Part shown: positions 50,694-63,674 of the stretch, in pieces
How positions within the stretch are numbered: position 1 is the first letter of the stretch
Layout of the letters: each line of letters opens with the position of its first letter
Assembly (NCBI GenBank): GCA_951406725.2
Contig: OX597815.1
Span: forward strand, 133,300,001-133,364,000
Origin: Octopus vulgaris
Lineage: Eukaryota
Direction of reading: 5' to 3'
Length of the DNA: 64,000 bases
The notes under the pieces: generated by a model
Told to the model about the DNA's origin: nothing
What the model saw: the letters and a program-made list of their open reading frames with translations, nothing else
Database searches by the model: none
Program-made: the position numbers and the translations under genes

Positions 50694-52047
50694 TGAATAA
50701 TAATAATAATAACATCAAAAAATACCTTAGGAATGAGAACCTGGTGACAGCAAGGGCAAGGGCGCTCACTTTAGGTTGGGCGGGGTGGCAGCAGAAAGTT
50801 GGGGACACGCCAGCCGTGTAGAGTCAATCACGCACCAGTTCGCATGGGGCTACTCATTGGCAGAAAGGAGCGACGAGAACACCCCTTCCAGACAGTCACC
50901 TCTTCAGATCAGCAACAACCCTAAATAATGTAAATAAAGTATATAATTCCTCATCTCTTAAATATAGAACCACTTTAAGCTAAAATAATATTCGGGGTGC
51001 CTTATAAGTACAGAAGCAGATGTGTTATGCAAGATTAATTTTGAGGATCTGATCAAAGACGTTGCTAAAAAAAGAAGAAAGCTTTTCATCTGTAAATAAA
51101 GTGGAAGTATACAAAAATAAGCATTATTTTTCATCTTATTGTTAGTTTTGCTTCATTTTAAAAGGTAAAAATCTATTTTATGGTTTGTTATTGTTTATAT
51201 TCTGAATTACCTATATATATGGGAGCACCAAAATCTTTTAAGTGCTTAGGGCTTCAATGGGTATTAATTTGGCCTTGATACCACCGACATCCCTCTTTCA
51301 ATCACTGAGATACACAAGCTTCCACAGTGCGACAAGGACAGGACCTTGTGGTGACCTTGCAGACATTTTACATTTTGAGCTCATGATAGCAAAGCAGAAT
51401 GGACACCAGCCAGTCAGCCAGACAGCCCAAATGTTGGGGTGGGCTGCACCTGCCTATTATGGTTGCTATGGCACTGAGGTAGATCCGGCCACCCCTATTA
51501 ATGGAGACAAAACGCTGGATGATGATGAGTTCAAATCCCACTTTTGAGGTCAATAAAACAAAGTACCAGTCAAGTACTTGAGGTCAATGTAATCAACTAC
51601 AAATAGTCCACTCCCCTTAACATTTCAGGTCTTATGTCTATATTAAAAACAATTAAAGGGCTTGTATTTGCAGAATTGTTAACGCAACAGTCAAAATTGC
51701 CTTAAATGATTCGTTCCTACTCTTTACATCCTGAGTTCAAATCCTGCTGAAGTTAGTTTTGCCTTTCACTGTTTCAGAGTAAATAAAATAAAGTACTGGC
51801 CGTGTTACAGAGGTTAATGAAAGCAACTACACCCCTCCTTCCAAAATTTCAGGTCTCGTGCATATATCAAAAACATTAGGAATATCATATAGGGTGGTTG
51901 ATTAGCAGAATCGTTAGAGCGTCGAACAAAACGCCATGTGTTGTTTATTCTGAGTCCAGATCCCGCCAACATCAACTTGGCTTTTCCTCCTTAGATCGAT
52001 AAAATAAGCTATCATTCATCTACTGGTGTCGATTTTATTATCTAAAC

Positions 52048-52288
52048 CGGTGGCTCCTAGACTTTTGGGGGCTGCCGCCCCCTTGACACCCAGGCCACAT
52101 TCCTAGCACTCCCACCCCAACTAACCATCACAAACATAGACCTCTTTCTGAAGCAGATTCAAAGCAACTGTATTTCATAAATATAAATTAACCTAATGAA
52201 CCCATTATCTTCCCATTTTTCTTCAACGCCCTCTTGGAACTTTCCACCGCCCCTAGGGCGGAAATACCACCCACTTTGGGAACCACTG
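52048..52288. mobile_element. hAT (Charlie/MER5-like) MITE
   Basis: C(A/G)GTGG..CC TIRs, 8-bp TSD (A/G)TCTAAAC. Confidence 0.8.
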
Positions 52289-53099
52289 GTCTAAACGGTC
52301 CTTCAAATCCGTCTACATAAGATATTGTTATGATTAAAGAGAGAAAACAGGTGGCAGACTGGCAGGATGGTCGGCACGCCGGGCAAAATGCCTAGTAGTA
52401 TTTCGTATGTCTTCACGTTCTGAGTTCAAATTCCGCTGGGGTCGATTTACTTTTCACTTTTTTTTTTTTTTTGTAGTCGATAAAATAAGTACCATTTGAG
52501 CACTGGGATCATGAAATCGACAAGTTTCCTCCACCAAAATTTCAGGTATTGTACCTAGAGTAGTAAGCATTAGTATAGAGAGTAGTGGAGGACTAACAAG
52601 AATCATTACAGAATTGGATAAAAATGTCTTGAGTTAATTGTTTGAAAATAAGAGAAAAGGCCAGGACAAGCCAACCAGGAAATATCTATGCGATCACCCA
52701 GGCTGCTAGAAATAACAGTCAAATACATCAGGTACACACCCAACTATTTTTGTTTTTAAGGGAGATCGTGTTGAAAAATGTAATCGCAGATATTCAGTCA
52801 AATTGGGTGGTCAAGATGGGAATGGCTGTTAAATCAATACCGACAAGAGATAAAATATTATTACCTGACAAAATTCGAGACCTCTACAATTTTAACCTAA
52901 AAACGTTTAGCTACTTAGTTACAGCTGAAGTAATGGAATTGTTTTATTTGATGTTATCAAATGCATACATGCATGCAACGATTAACAGCAGTTAATATTA
53001 TCTAAAATATGTTGCTGTAGGTTTTATATTACAACTCCCAGGTTTACCAATTTATATATAACTAACATTCGTATGCATATATAAAGGCAAGCGGATTAC

Positions 53100-53142
53100 C
53101 TGTTTCATTAATTTCACCTGAATTGGCAGCGCCATGCTGCAT
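53100..53142 (-). CDS. Candidate upstream first exon of the PON-like gene (MQHGAANSGEINET)
   Basis: CAG|GTAATC donor at 53099; ATG at 53142 gives 43 nt (phase 1), in frame with the stop-free 41 nt preceding the MYLK ATG; lies in TE-free DNA near the NDFIP start. Confidence 0.4.
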
Positions 53143-54371
53143 CACGTTTTGCTTTTGTTTATTTGATTTAATTAAATGCATGCTTTTACAGTTGTATAGA
53201 AATGATGGATTTTGCAAATAAATTTAAACTCTCACTTGCAGCCAAAATTCTTCAGCAATTTATGCCCGACCCACATTCTATCGTTTTCTCGCCGCCCTCA
53301 AAATAACATGCTCTGTATTGAATTGCTAACACAAGTATTAATGGATGAGAAGCTATTTTCTTCGTTTTCTAAGTAATGGCAATAATGAATGGTAAAAAGA
53401 GATCGGTGCTGAGTTCAAAGAAATGCTTCTATAGCTCAGCTTCAAAATAAAAAAATAAAAAAACAATCGATGTAAGAAAACGTGTAAAATAAGGTAAACC
53501 TTGTTTTGCTCACTAAACCTTTCAAAACAACAAGAAGCTTTTTATGTTAGTGAAAAAATAATTTTAACCATTGTTTTCTGATGAATTAAACCTAAAATGA
53601 TAAAATGTATATTCATTTTTACATAAACAGATGACAGAAATCTGTTTAATATAAAAGAAACTGAATTTAAAATCTGCTGAAATAAAATAATTTAAAGATA
53701 TGAAAGTTTGGGGTGTGTTTTGATTTAAAATCAATGAAAAAAATGTTTTACCGCTAACTTGTCGTTCGTGTCAAGTAGGCAAAATTGGTAAATTTAAGGT
53801 TTATCCACAACAAGATTTAATCCTGTTTACTAAACTTGCACCAACACAATAAATTAAATTTGAAATAAGAGTTGAAATCTTTCAATGAAACATTAATTCA
53901 TTCCGAAATATCAAGTAGGAGAACAGATCAAAAGAGGAGGGTGTAAACAATATAAATAGCTGTACCTTAGCCTGCAAGCACCTGGAGGGTTAGGGATCCA
54001 ACATAAATAACTCCGCCAGTAGAACTCTTCTATATAAAGAAAACTAGGGCGGTGATATGACAACAAACAAGCTGACCTAATCTTGAACAGAGATAATGGT
54101 AGATTTTCAGTTTCAGGCTTTGTGCCTATAGTAGAAAGATTATTACTAGCGCGCGCACACACACACACAAATATATATCATAAGCACAAGAAAAGACAAT
54201 CTTTGTCAGTATAAACTAGTCGATATTGGTGATACAAGCCGAAACTAATGCAGAATTGTAAACGAGGCTACAAACTGCCGTCGCCACCATATTGTTGCTG
54301 TCATATAGTTCAGATTATTTCTAGAAGTAAAAAATTAAATTGCCATATAACTTGTCTTCGACAACGGACAG
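53143..54371. promoter_or_regulatory. Putative bidirectional promoter / 5' region between PON-like (-) and NDFIP (+)
   Basis: Divergent gene orientation, TE-free, local CpG clusters and YY1-like GCCAT/CCATATTG motifs near 53130 and 54285; inferred only. Confidence 0.4.
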
Positions 54372-55241
54372 ATGGAACGAAATATTAGGTATCATACATT
54401 ACAAGAAGACCAGGAAGAGGAAGATGGCGTGAGAATGACTGCAAACGCCAGTAACACTCCTGTGCCTATGACTTCCCAATCCGTACCAATCCCTGTTGTT
54501 CCAAGTTCAACAATGCCTTCAGTTCCACCACCCGCCTATAAAGAAACTGAAGAAGAAGAAGATATTGCTACTGCCAACTCTTTTCATCATTATCTTCAAC
54601 AGCAACAACAACAACAACAGCAGCCACTCAGCAACAGTCATGATCAGAAAACTGAGCAAACGACCTTCGATGATGCGTGTGGAGCTGGCCTGCCACCATC
54701 CTATGCTGTTGCTACCGATCTACCGTCTTACGAAGAAGCAGAAAGACTCAAACAAGAAGAAGAACTTAACGGGGGCAGGAGCTGTGGTATAAACCAATCT
54801 GGTCATTTTCCCCAGTTTCGATCTTTAACCGACGAGGAACATTATTTAAACGGTTCAGACGACGCCACTGACCAGTTAAACAATGCAGATCGACTTAACA
54901 CCAGCGGAATGATTATTGGAACTGATTGGATCTTTTTCTGTACTTTCGTGATATCATTTTTGTTTAACTGGCTTGGCTTTTTAATGTCACTGTGCATCAC
55001 TAATACAGTGGCCGGTCGATGTGGTGCTTTGGCTGGCCTTGGTCTTTCTATGGTTAAATGGGTCGCCATCGTCAAACACAGTGGCTTCGCTGGTGATTTC
55101 GCTGCCAGTGAATCTTGGTTCTGGTGGATCTTGATGCTATGCGGATTCCTGCTTTTTGTTCGTGGATGTATGCAATATGTCAATGTGAAATACGAATGGA
55201 AAAGGATTACAGGTCGTCTGCATCACATAACTCTCTATTGA
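54372..55241 (+). CDS. NDFIP: NEDD4 family-interacting protein (NDFIP1/2-like), single coding exon, 289 aa
   Basis: PPAY, PPSY and LPSY WW-binding motifs; three C-terminal TM segments with GTDWIFFCTFVISFLFNWLGF and AGRCGALAGLGLSMVKW matching the NDFIP family; polyQ tract. Confidence 0.93.
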   Translation: MERNIRYHTLQEDQEEEDGVRMTANASNTPVPMTSQSVPIPVVPSSTMPSVPPPAYKETEEEEDIATANSFHHYLQQQQQQQQQPLSNSHDQKTEQTTFDDACGAGLPPSYAVATDLPSYEEAERLKQEEELNGGRSCGINQSGHFPQFRSLTDEEHYLNGSDDATDQLNNADRLNTSGMIIGTDWIFFCTFVISFLFNWLGFLMSLCITNTVAGRCGALAGLGLSMVKWVAIVKHSGFAGDFAASESWFWWILMLCGFLLFVRGCMQYVNVKYEWKRITGRLHHITLY

Positions 55242-58170
55242 GTTTATTATCGTTTGTCTTTCAAAAATTAACACAAATCAAGATTCCCCTCTTTTCTATC
55301 TCTCTCTCCTAATTTTTGCCACAAAACCTTTCTTTATTTGTCCTCCTCCACATCCACATACCTACACAAGAGCCTTTTATGTTTACATCTTATTGCTTCG
55401 TCATTTGGCATCTATTGTTATTGTTATTATTATTATGGTGTCAAGCGCCGCAGAGCAAAAGGTAAGCTCCTGGCGAGTCGGGATTACGATCCGATTTTGA
55501 TTCTCAGTTTATGCTAGTTTACATCAATTACACCGCCGATACTTTTGGGAAAGGCATAAACGCCACAACTTTTACCCCACTCACCCCGTCTCTCTAAAAT
55601 ACAGAGCTTTTGTTCATAAGACATCGTTATATAAGTAACTTTGTTTTTTATTATCATTTTAAAGCTATCTTCATCAGAAATAAATATATTTGTTTAAAAA
55701 ACTGTAATTATATTCGATATTTCCCTAAAAGATTCATTTATTTGGGAGGAACCTATCATTGTGTTATGTGTGTGTGATGTATATTTATATATATATTTAC
55801 ATACATGTATGTGGCTGTGAGCTACTTGAATATAATACTACAGCTTTAACAATATTCCTGTACAGATGTACCGAGGGATGCCTTATCTATGTTATTAAGA
55901 ATAGTTTAGGGCCGACGTTCTAATCAAGTGTGAGTAGGTGTTCCAAATAACCATTGCGTGACCATTCTTGTTGCTACACAAATTAGATTTTTTTATGTGT
56001 ATGTATGTATATAAATATATATGTCCAATACTATTCACGACTACTTAAAATTGATATATTTTTTTTCTTTTCATCATAATTACAATTATATTAATAATCA
56101 TTATTATTAGTAACGATAATAATAATCAAACAAACCCTTTTCCCTTGCCCCCTCTTACCTTAAAATATTTTGTGGCCTTGTGCCTAGGTAAAAATTTAAA
56201 TAATAATAATGACAATAATATGTCGTATATATATAAATAAACATAATAATACTCTAATCCTAAAAAGAAAGCCTCTTACATATTTCGATATTTTTTGTGG
56301 TCAATGGTGTAAAAATGTTTATTGCTACTTATATATTTACATATTACAATGTGAATCCTAATCGAAATTACATTCTTTTAAGTTAAAATTTTGTTATTGT
56401 TGTTGAAACTAAAAATTTACACAATACAACTTTGTCTTGCTGGTTTATATTTGCTGACATTTTAACCTATATATGTGCGTGTTTTTTGTATATGTTTAAT
56501 GTATATATGGGGAGTGGGGTACAATGAGATGTTTTTACTGCATTTTTGATTTTGAGAAGAAATATATTTTTTTACAAATGTTCGCTACCTTACAAAAGCG
56601 ATTTCAGCTAAGCAAAGACCTTCTCTAAATCCATTAAAAACACTATAACATATTTGGAACACTATTCCAGAAAATTGTCACTGTTCTGTTTGAGCATATA
56701 AAAGCCAAATTTACATGGAGCAAAATGAGTAAGCTAAGACAAGGTAAATTTGTCTCTTCAATTCTCCAGAATTACATTTAAAAACAGACTTATACACATC
56801 AATATCCAAACTAGGATATCAGAAAGATCAGAAATGCCACAAAAATTTTTAATATCTGGCTCAAATGAAAGATTATGGAAAAATAGATTATAATATGAAA
56901 TTAACCAACTCACCTACATAAAAAAAAATGAACATAAAATATTCTCTATAGCTTCATAATCTGCTAGAGTTGCTTTCCTCTCAGTATATTTATGTGCCAT
57001 AAAGAGGAGAAATTATTGAAATTAGTCATTACTCGTTTTACCCCACTTTAGTTTTTTTTTTTTTCTTTCTTTCTTTTTAATTATCAAATAAGACATTAGT
57101 GTTAGAAAAATTGTCTTGGAATCCAACAGAGAAAAGAATATTGGATGTTAAAGACCAAAAATTATCCAGATATTTTTATTAGCAGCCTCAATTACAATCA
57201 AGTCAAAGTTGACGAAAAATTTCTTGAAAAAAAATACCTGTCACCTGACTATGTTCCAAACTCTCTCAACTTCAACAACTATGCCGACCAATTTTTACTC
57301 TTAAAGATGATGCAATACTTGCAATGTAATGATTTCAAACAGGTAAAATAAGAAATCAGAAATTACTGATTTTACCCACTCTCCCTATATATGTAAATAT
57401 ATATAAGGAAAATTTATATGCATTGAAAGAAATTTAAATATTTTTTATTTTATGTTGCTCTATGTTGGTATTTTACAAGCATATTGTCTCTAATGTTCTT
57501 TATTTGTCAGTAAATTTTACAAAACTTCCTTGAACACTTATCAGACATTTTAGTTGCTACAAAAAACCTTAACCAAAATATATCAAACCACCACTTATTT
57601 AAAGTTGCTATGCTATATAAAGTAAGGCCTTCAATTGAAACACTTGTTTTCTTCAGTCATTATCAATAAAATTGTTTTTCTTTTAGAGTTTCCCCCCTTC
57701 TCCATTTCTAAGCCAGCATTTGCCCATGTCATTCGAATACGGTTCTAGATTATTTAATAAAAAAGATTTCCTTTCATTAATCTTTTGACAATGACCTTTA
57801 TTACTCATTCTGTACTATCGTACTGAATTTTATTAACCTGTTAATCACATCTGTTTACTTGATGTGCTGTGTAGTACACACAATTAAGTCTTTAGCTTTG
57901 AAGTCACATTCACGAATACAAATGAGGACTTCTATTATTGCCATATGCATAATTATGACATGGACTAGCAAAAACCAAGATTAGGTTCCCACAGAAAGGT
58001 ACATACATACATACAGCACACAAACTCATGACAAACAGGAGAGAAAGTAATTTGTATCAAGGGTATGAATAATTTAATTCAGCTGAAAGCATTTTGGTTT
58101 GACTGAAGTAAATTTTGAGTATCTCTATATGTGTATAAGTATGTATATATATATCTGTATGAATATGTAT

Positions 58171-58764
58171 CAGTGGTAGCTCATGTAATTCTTTCTTTAT
58201 ACTTGTACATTATATAATCCTTAGGCTTAATGTCAGTAGCCATCCCCTAGTTTATTAAAAATCCTTGTATAGAACTATGCAATTCACAATTCCAGTGATG
58301 CGGTGTTTGGCTGTTGTGTGCATGCTCACATGTCCGAGATAGAAAGCTTCACGCTAGGGAGAGAGAGCACTGTGTGAACAACAGTGTCAATCCCGGTGTT
58401 CCAGTGAAAGGTAGTGTTTCTTTTTGACTCCATGTGTGTTGTGCTTAAAAACGTGTTTATATTCTTGAATGTGATAAAGTGTAGAATTAGATTATTATCC
58501 TGCTTCCAGCTTCAGTGTAGCTGCCAGGATTTGAAAAATAGGGCACATTTCCCCACCTTATTTTGTGATTTAGTAAGGATTTTTGAAAAACAAGGAGCAA
58601 TTTGTGGCGATGTTCAGTGAACAAATTAAACACACTACCTGGCAGTAGCTAAAACACAAACCAATCAAGTTTATGTATAAATTTCCTTTTACACAATATT
58701 AAAACGACAGATAAAAGTTTTCTGAAGCAGCACCTCCACTAATTTTATCTACGAGCTGCCAGTG
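58171..58764. mobile_element. hAT-like MITE, complete copy
   Basis: CAGTGG.AGCTC TIRs, 8-bp TSD ATATGTAT; homologous to 15519-16130. Confidence 0.85.
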
Positions 58765-58795
58765 ATATGTATGTATGAATGAATGTATATGTATA

Positions 58796-59003
58796 CAAGG
58801 GGATGTTGAAAAGTTCTTGGCTTTGAGTAAGAGACAATGCAGTTAATTATGATTTTACTCAATATATTCCATTCTCAGATGCACACACTTATTGCAGTGG
58901 TCCTTCAGTTTTTCTAAACCCTGTAAAAGAACTCAGAATGTTGGGCCTCCAACCAGGTCTTTTGCAATACCCTTAGATCCAGGGACTTTTCAGCATGTCC
59001 TCA
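58796..59003. mobile_element. Small mariner-type MITE
   Basis: TA flanks; imperfect TIR G.ATG.TGAAAAGT.C.TGG. Confidence 0.65.
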
Positions 59004-59031
59004 TATATATATATATATGTATGTGTATATA

Positions 59032-60629
59032 CAGTGGTGTCATTTAATTTAAGAATGCTAGTATACTAATGTTAAAATGGCATTTTTTATATATTCACGT
59101 TGTAAATTGTGAATTAAGATATCAAAATAAAGAAAATTTCACGCGCTTTAATATCGTATACAACTTTACAGCATAACATCATCATATTGATTTTAAATTA
59201 AAAATAAACTTTATTTTGCGTAATTTACGTCACCACTTAATTTAAGAACAATTTGCAAAATTACATTTTTTTTTTACCTTATTGACTAATATAAAGTAGG
59301 GTAATTTGCATGCTGTTACAATTTTTAAGTTACTTAATAGTTGTGATGAGTAAGAGACAAAACTTAACACCAGAAACCAGAGCAAGGATCATTCAGCTTG
59401 GTAGGCTAAAATGGTCATGTAAAGCTATTTCAAATGAAGTTGGATGCTCTAAAACAGCCATCTATAATGCTGTCTGTCTTTGTAAAAGAAACTAATTATA
59501 AAGACCACTCTTGACCTGGGCAACCAAGAAGAACAACAGCAAGAATAGCTAGATACATTTATAGACTGTCCCTAAAAAAATGTAAAATGACCACTGTTGA
59601 CATTTTAAAAGAAATTCGGCAAAAATATAGACTTACCATTGGAGTGTCCACCATAAAAAAAAAACATTTCAAAGAATTTGGACTTCTAGGAAGAGTCTCT
59701 TGCAAAAAGCCATACATTTCCTTAAACAATTGATGTGCCTGAATACAGTTAGCAAAAGAGCATTTGAACTGGAGTCCAACAGATTGGTTGAATGTGTTGT
59801 GGTTGGACGAGTCAAAGTTCAACTTGTTTGGCAGTGATGGCAGAAAGTATGTAAGAAGGTATATAGGTGTAGAATATCATCCAGAATGCATCTGACCTAC
59901 AATTAAGTACGGTGGTGGAAGTGTGATGGTGTGAGGCTGCATGTCTGGAAAAGGCATCGGTCTTATAATCTGAATCAAGGGCATTGTGGATAGTAAGTCC
60001 CATATGCCCGAAAGTATTTGGGCTGATCTTGGACTTTCCAGCAAGTCGATGACCCGAAACACACCTCACACCTAGTCAGAGATTACATTAGGTCTCAGAG
60101 AGTTCAGTTGATACAGTAGCTGGCATAGTTGCCAGACCTAAATACAATCAAAAGTCTTTGGGAAAGGATGGGTAGAGCTGTGCAAAGTAGTAAGCCAAAG
60201 ACTAAAGATGATTTTTTTAACATTATTAGCCAAAATTAGGAAAACATCTCATGAACAATGATAAATGAGCTGAACAATTCTGTTTTGCAGATGCAAAGCT
60301 GTATTAAGTAATTTTGGATACCCAACCAAATACTGATTTTGTGAGCTTATTGCTTTTTTGTTGATCTCAGAATAAACTTTTTAAAGCAAAAAAATGAAAT
60401 TTTACAAATGATTCTTAAATTAAATGGCACTATAAATTACAATAATTAAGATTTATTTTTAATTTAAAATTAATATGTTATGGTTATGCTGTAAAGTTGT
60501 ATACCATATTAAAGCTCATGAAATTTTCTTTATTTTACTATACATCATAATTCACAATTTACAACTTCAATATATAAAAAATGCCATTTTAACATTAGTA
60601 TATTAATGTTCTTAAATTAAATGGTGCCA

Positions 60630-60632
<3 letters not shown>
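59032..60632 (+). mobile_element. Full-length decayed Tc1-family transposon with ~240-bp IR/DR-type TIRs
   Basis: CAGTGG...CCACTG ends, long TIRs with inner repeat ATTTAAGAA at ~59240 and ~60415; broken transposase (W.DESKFNLFGSDG, KYGGGSVMV). Confidence 0.9.
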
Positions 60633-60674
<42 letters not shown>

Positions 60675-61042
60675 CGTTGCCAGAGTGGCTATCTGGCCTC
60701 CATGCCGGTGGCACGTAAAAGACACCATTCGAGCATGATCGTTACCAGCATTGCCTTACTGGCACCTGTGCCGGTGGCATGTGTAAAAGATTCAAGCGAG
60801 ATCGTTGCCAGTACTGCCTGGCTGGCACGTAAAAGCACCCACTATACTCTCGGAGTGGTTGGCATTAGGAAGGACATCCAGCTGTAGAAACTCTGCCAGA
60901 TCGAGATTGAAGCCTGGTGCAGCCATCTGGTTCGCCTGCCCTCAGTCAAATCGTTCGACCATGCTAGCATGGAAATCGGATGTTAAATGATGATGATGAT
61001 GATGCAGGTGTGTGTATATATATGCAGGTGTGTTTGTGTGTG

Positions 61043-61090
<48 letters not shown>

Positions 61091-62556
61091 TACATACACT
61101 CTCACACACATGAAGGATGAATTGTGTTGAACAAATGAGAGAGTGTTCAGTACAGGTAAAGTGTATAGTCTATTGAAACACTATATTTATTTTGCTATTT
61201 GAGTTTCCTGAAGATTGCAGTGACATGAAACTTCAGTCACATGATGAGAATTAAGTTTCAATAAACTATGTGCGTGGGTGTGTTAGTCTGACAAAAAGAG
61301 GTAGAGGTTACCACTTAAGGAACATGTGAGACATGTTTTTTCTGAATCACATGAATCCTTAAGTCTTGTTGCCATGGCTTTAGATGAAAGATGAATCATT
61401 CCTTGAACAGGACATTGATTTATTACATGCAACTTTCCCTAAGGGAGGACTTGAAGTCAACAATATGATTCTGGTAACTACTATTGACCTCTCAATTGTC
61501 TAAAATACCAATATCTGACCTTCAGACACATATCTTCTTCCTGTTCTCAATATGTGTGCAAAGATGAAACAAAAACAGCAAAATATCGACATAATTATAT
61601 GATTACTAGATTTACTATGAGCTGTTTCAAAAATTATAGTTTTTATTACTTCATTAAAAGTGCCCAGCACACTCTGTAAAGTTAGTTAGAAATGGCATCC
61701 AGCTGTAGGAGCAAGTCAAATTATACTGGAACCTGGTGCAACTGTCCTGCTTGCCAGCTCCTGTTAAACTGTCTAACCCATGGTAGCATGAAAAACAGAT
61801 GTTAAAGGATGATGATTCTCTGTAATCCAATTCATTCTATATAATCTGTCACTTATATTACATATATTATTTGATCTAAGTGATCTTATTTTGATTAATA
61901 CAGAAGTAAAGACTTGTTCCTGATCATTCTGAAATCTATTTTAGTTGAGCTCTGATCAATCTGTAATGTATACATATGTAGCCTATATAGTTGAGGCGTT
62001 ACAGTTGCATTGAAAACTCTAGATGAAGTTGTTTGTAAGTTTAGGGCAATAGATTAAACAGAATCATTTTGAGTTCAAATCCCATTTAGATCAACTTCGT
62101 CTTTTGTCCTTCCAGGGCTGGTAAAATAAACATGACTGACACTGGTGTTCTCAACCACTCTCTTCCCCTGTCCACAAGCACCATAGATTTGTGATTGCAT
62201 CTTTATTAGAAATCAGCATTTATAGCTTTGGGTATCTGACATGTTATAGTGACTATCAGAAGGTCTATACTTCAAGGAAGTATTTAGTGAAATTACTTTG
62301 TTTTTGTGCTTGGAACATAAAGTAACATGAAATTTTGACGTAGGGTTTTTGATTTAGATTACCTTAAAGCAGGAAGTTTTTTATCATAGGATCATGGATA
62401 GTCTCAGGTGGGTTGGTATCACAAATGTTAATCTTTGTAATAACAGCTTCTCTATTAACTGTGTTTGCTTAAGAATGAAATACTTATTCGATCAGAATTA
62501 GTTTAAATTACATTATTTACATTCGACAGATAATTGTCTTCATCTTGTTTGCTGTT

Positions 62557-62602
62557 AACACAACGTTCTGGCTGATATATCCTCCAGCCTTCTTCAGGTG
62601 TC
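62557..62602 (-). ncRNA. Minimal hammerhead motif, inverted pLTR copy (GAAA mutated to AGAA)
   Basis: GACAC-CTGAAGA-A-GGCTG..CAGCC-AGAA-CGTT-GTGTT. Confidence 0.65.
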
Positions 62603-63628
62603 TTGGGGAAATTTCAAACATGGGTTCTCATTCCTAAGTTATTTTTCGATGTTATTATTATTATTGTTATTGTTCAGGTCACTGCTTGGAGTCGAACTCA
62701 GAATCTTGGGGTTAGTGGCCCGTGCTCTTAACCACTACGCCATATGCCCATATACCGCAAGCTTACCTTTACTGGACGATACCTCAGCTTCAATTCCTAC
62801 CATCCATACAGTGTAAAGAGAGGGATTGCTCAGTGCCTAAAACATCGAGCAAAGAATATAAGTAGCGATCGCGATACACACCACGAAGAAATGATCAAGC
62901 TCAATAACGATCTGTTAAGCAACAGCTACCCCAAAAGTATACTATACACTCAAATTATGAAGAAGAGAGAGGATGAGGCTAATAAACTGTCCACAGTCTG
63001 TCTATCCTATGTGAAAGGCCTCTCTGAAAAGATACAAAAGATATGCAGCCCATATGACATCAGGATAGTATTCAAGAGTAATACAACACTTCAGAAATAT
63101 CTCCTTCGAGTAAAACCAACAATAGAAGAGAATATGGCCAAAGATTGCATGTAATCCATCCCATGCAGCTGTGGTAGGTTATACAAAGGCGAAACATGCC
63201 GCCCCCTCAAAATAAGGGTAGACGAACATCGCAAAGCTGTGACACAAGGAGATATTGATAAATCGGGTATAGCTGATCATGTATGGAAAAATGGAGACCA
63301 CCTCCCCCTGTGGGATGAATTTAAAATAATAGACAGAGAACACCACTGGAAAATACGAAAACTAAAAGAAGCAGCACTTAAGATAGAACATAACAACCTC
63401 CTAAGCAGACCAAGTGCAGATATGAGCAGCATATGGGAACTGGTATTAAGGAAGGATAGAAAAATATTAGATTTATAAGCCCTAAAATTCACTTCATAGT
63501 TGCCCATAATTGCGCAGGCTACTAACCCCAAGATTCCGATTTCAATTCCAAGCAGTGACCTGAACAATAATAATAATAACATCAAAAAATACCTTAAGAA
63601 TGAGAACCCAGGTTTTAAATTTCCCCAA

Positions 63629-63674
63629 GACACCTGAAGAAGGCTGGAGGGTATATCAGCCGAAATGTTGTGTT
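63629..63674 (+). ncRNA. Minimal PLE-type hammerhead ribozyme motif
   Basis: GACAC-CTGAAGA-A-GGCTG..CAGCC-GAAA-TGTT-GTGTT: stem I, core, stem II, GAAA; C>T decay after GAAA. Confidence 0.75.

Larger units (their letters stand above)
50389..50970 (+). mobile_element. Non-coding derivative of the same Penelope-like family (inverted pLTR + rearranged pLTR + tail)
   Basis: Same pLTR and same ...CCTCATCTCTTAAATATAGAAC tail as at 63.7 kb; TSD-like CACTTTAA(A/G)CT at 50378-50388 and 50971-50981. Confidence 0.85.

Noticed and set aside
61201-61245. CTGAAGA...GAAAC..GTC hammerhead-like motif
   Set aside because: Stem I does not pair and stem II is marginal
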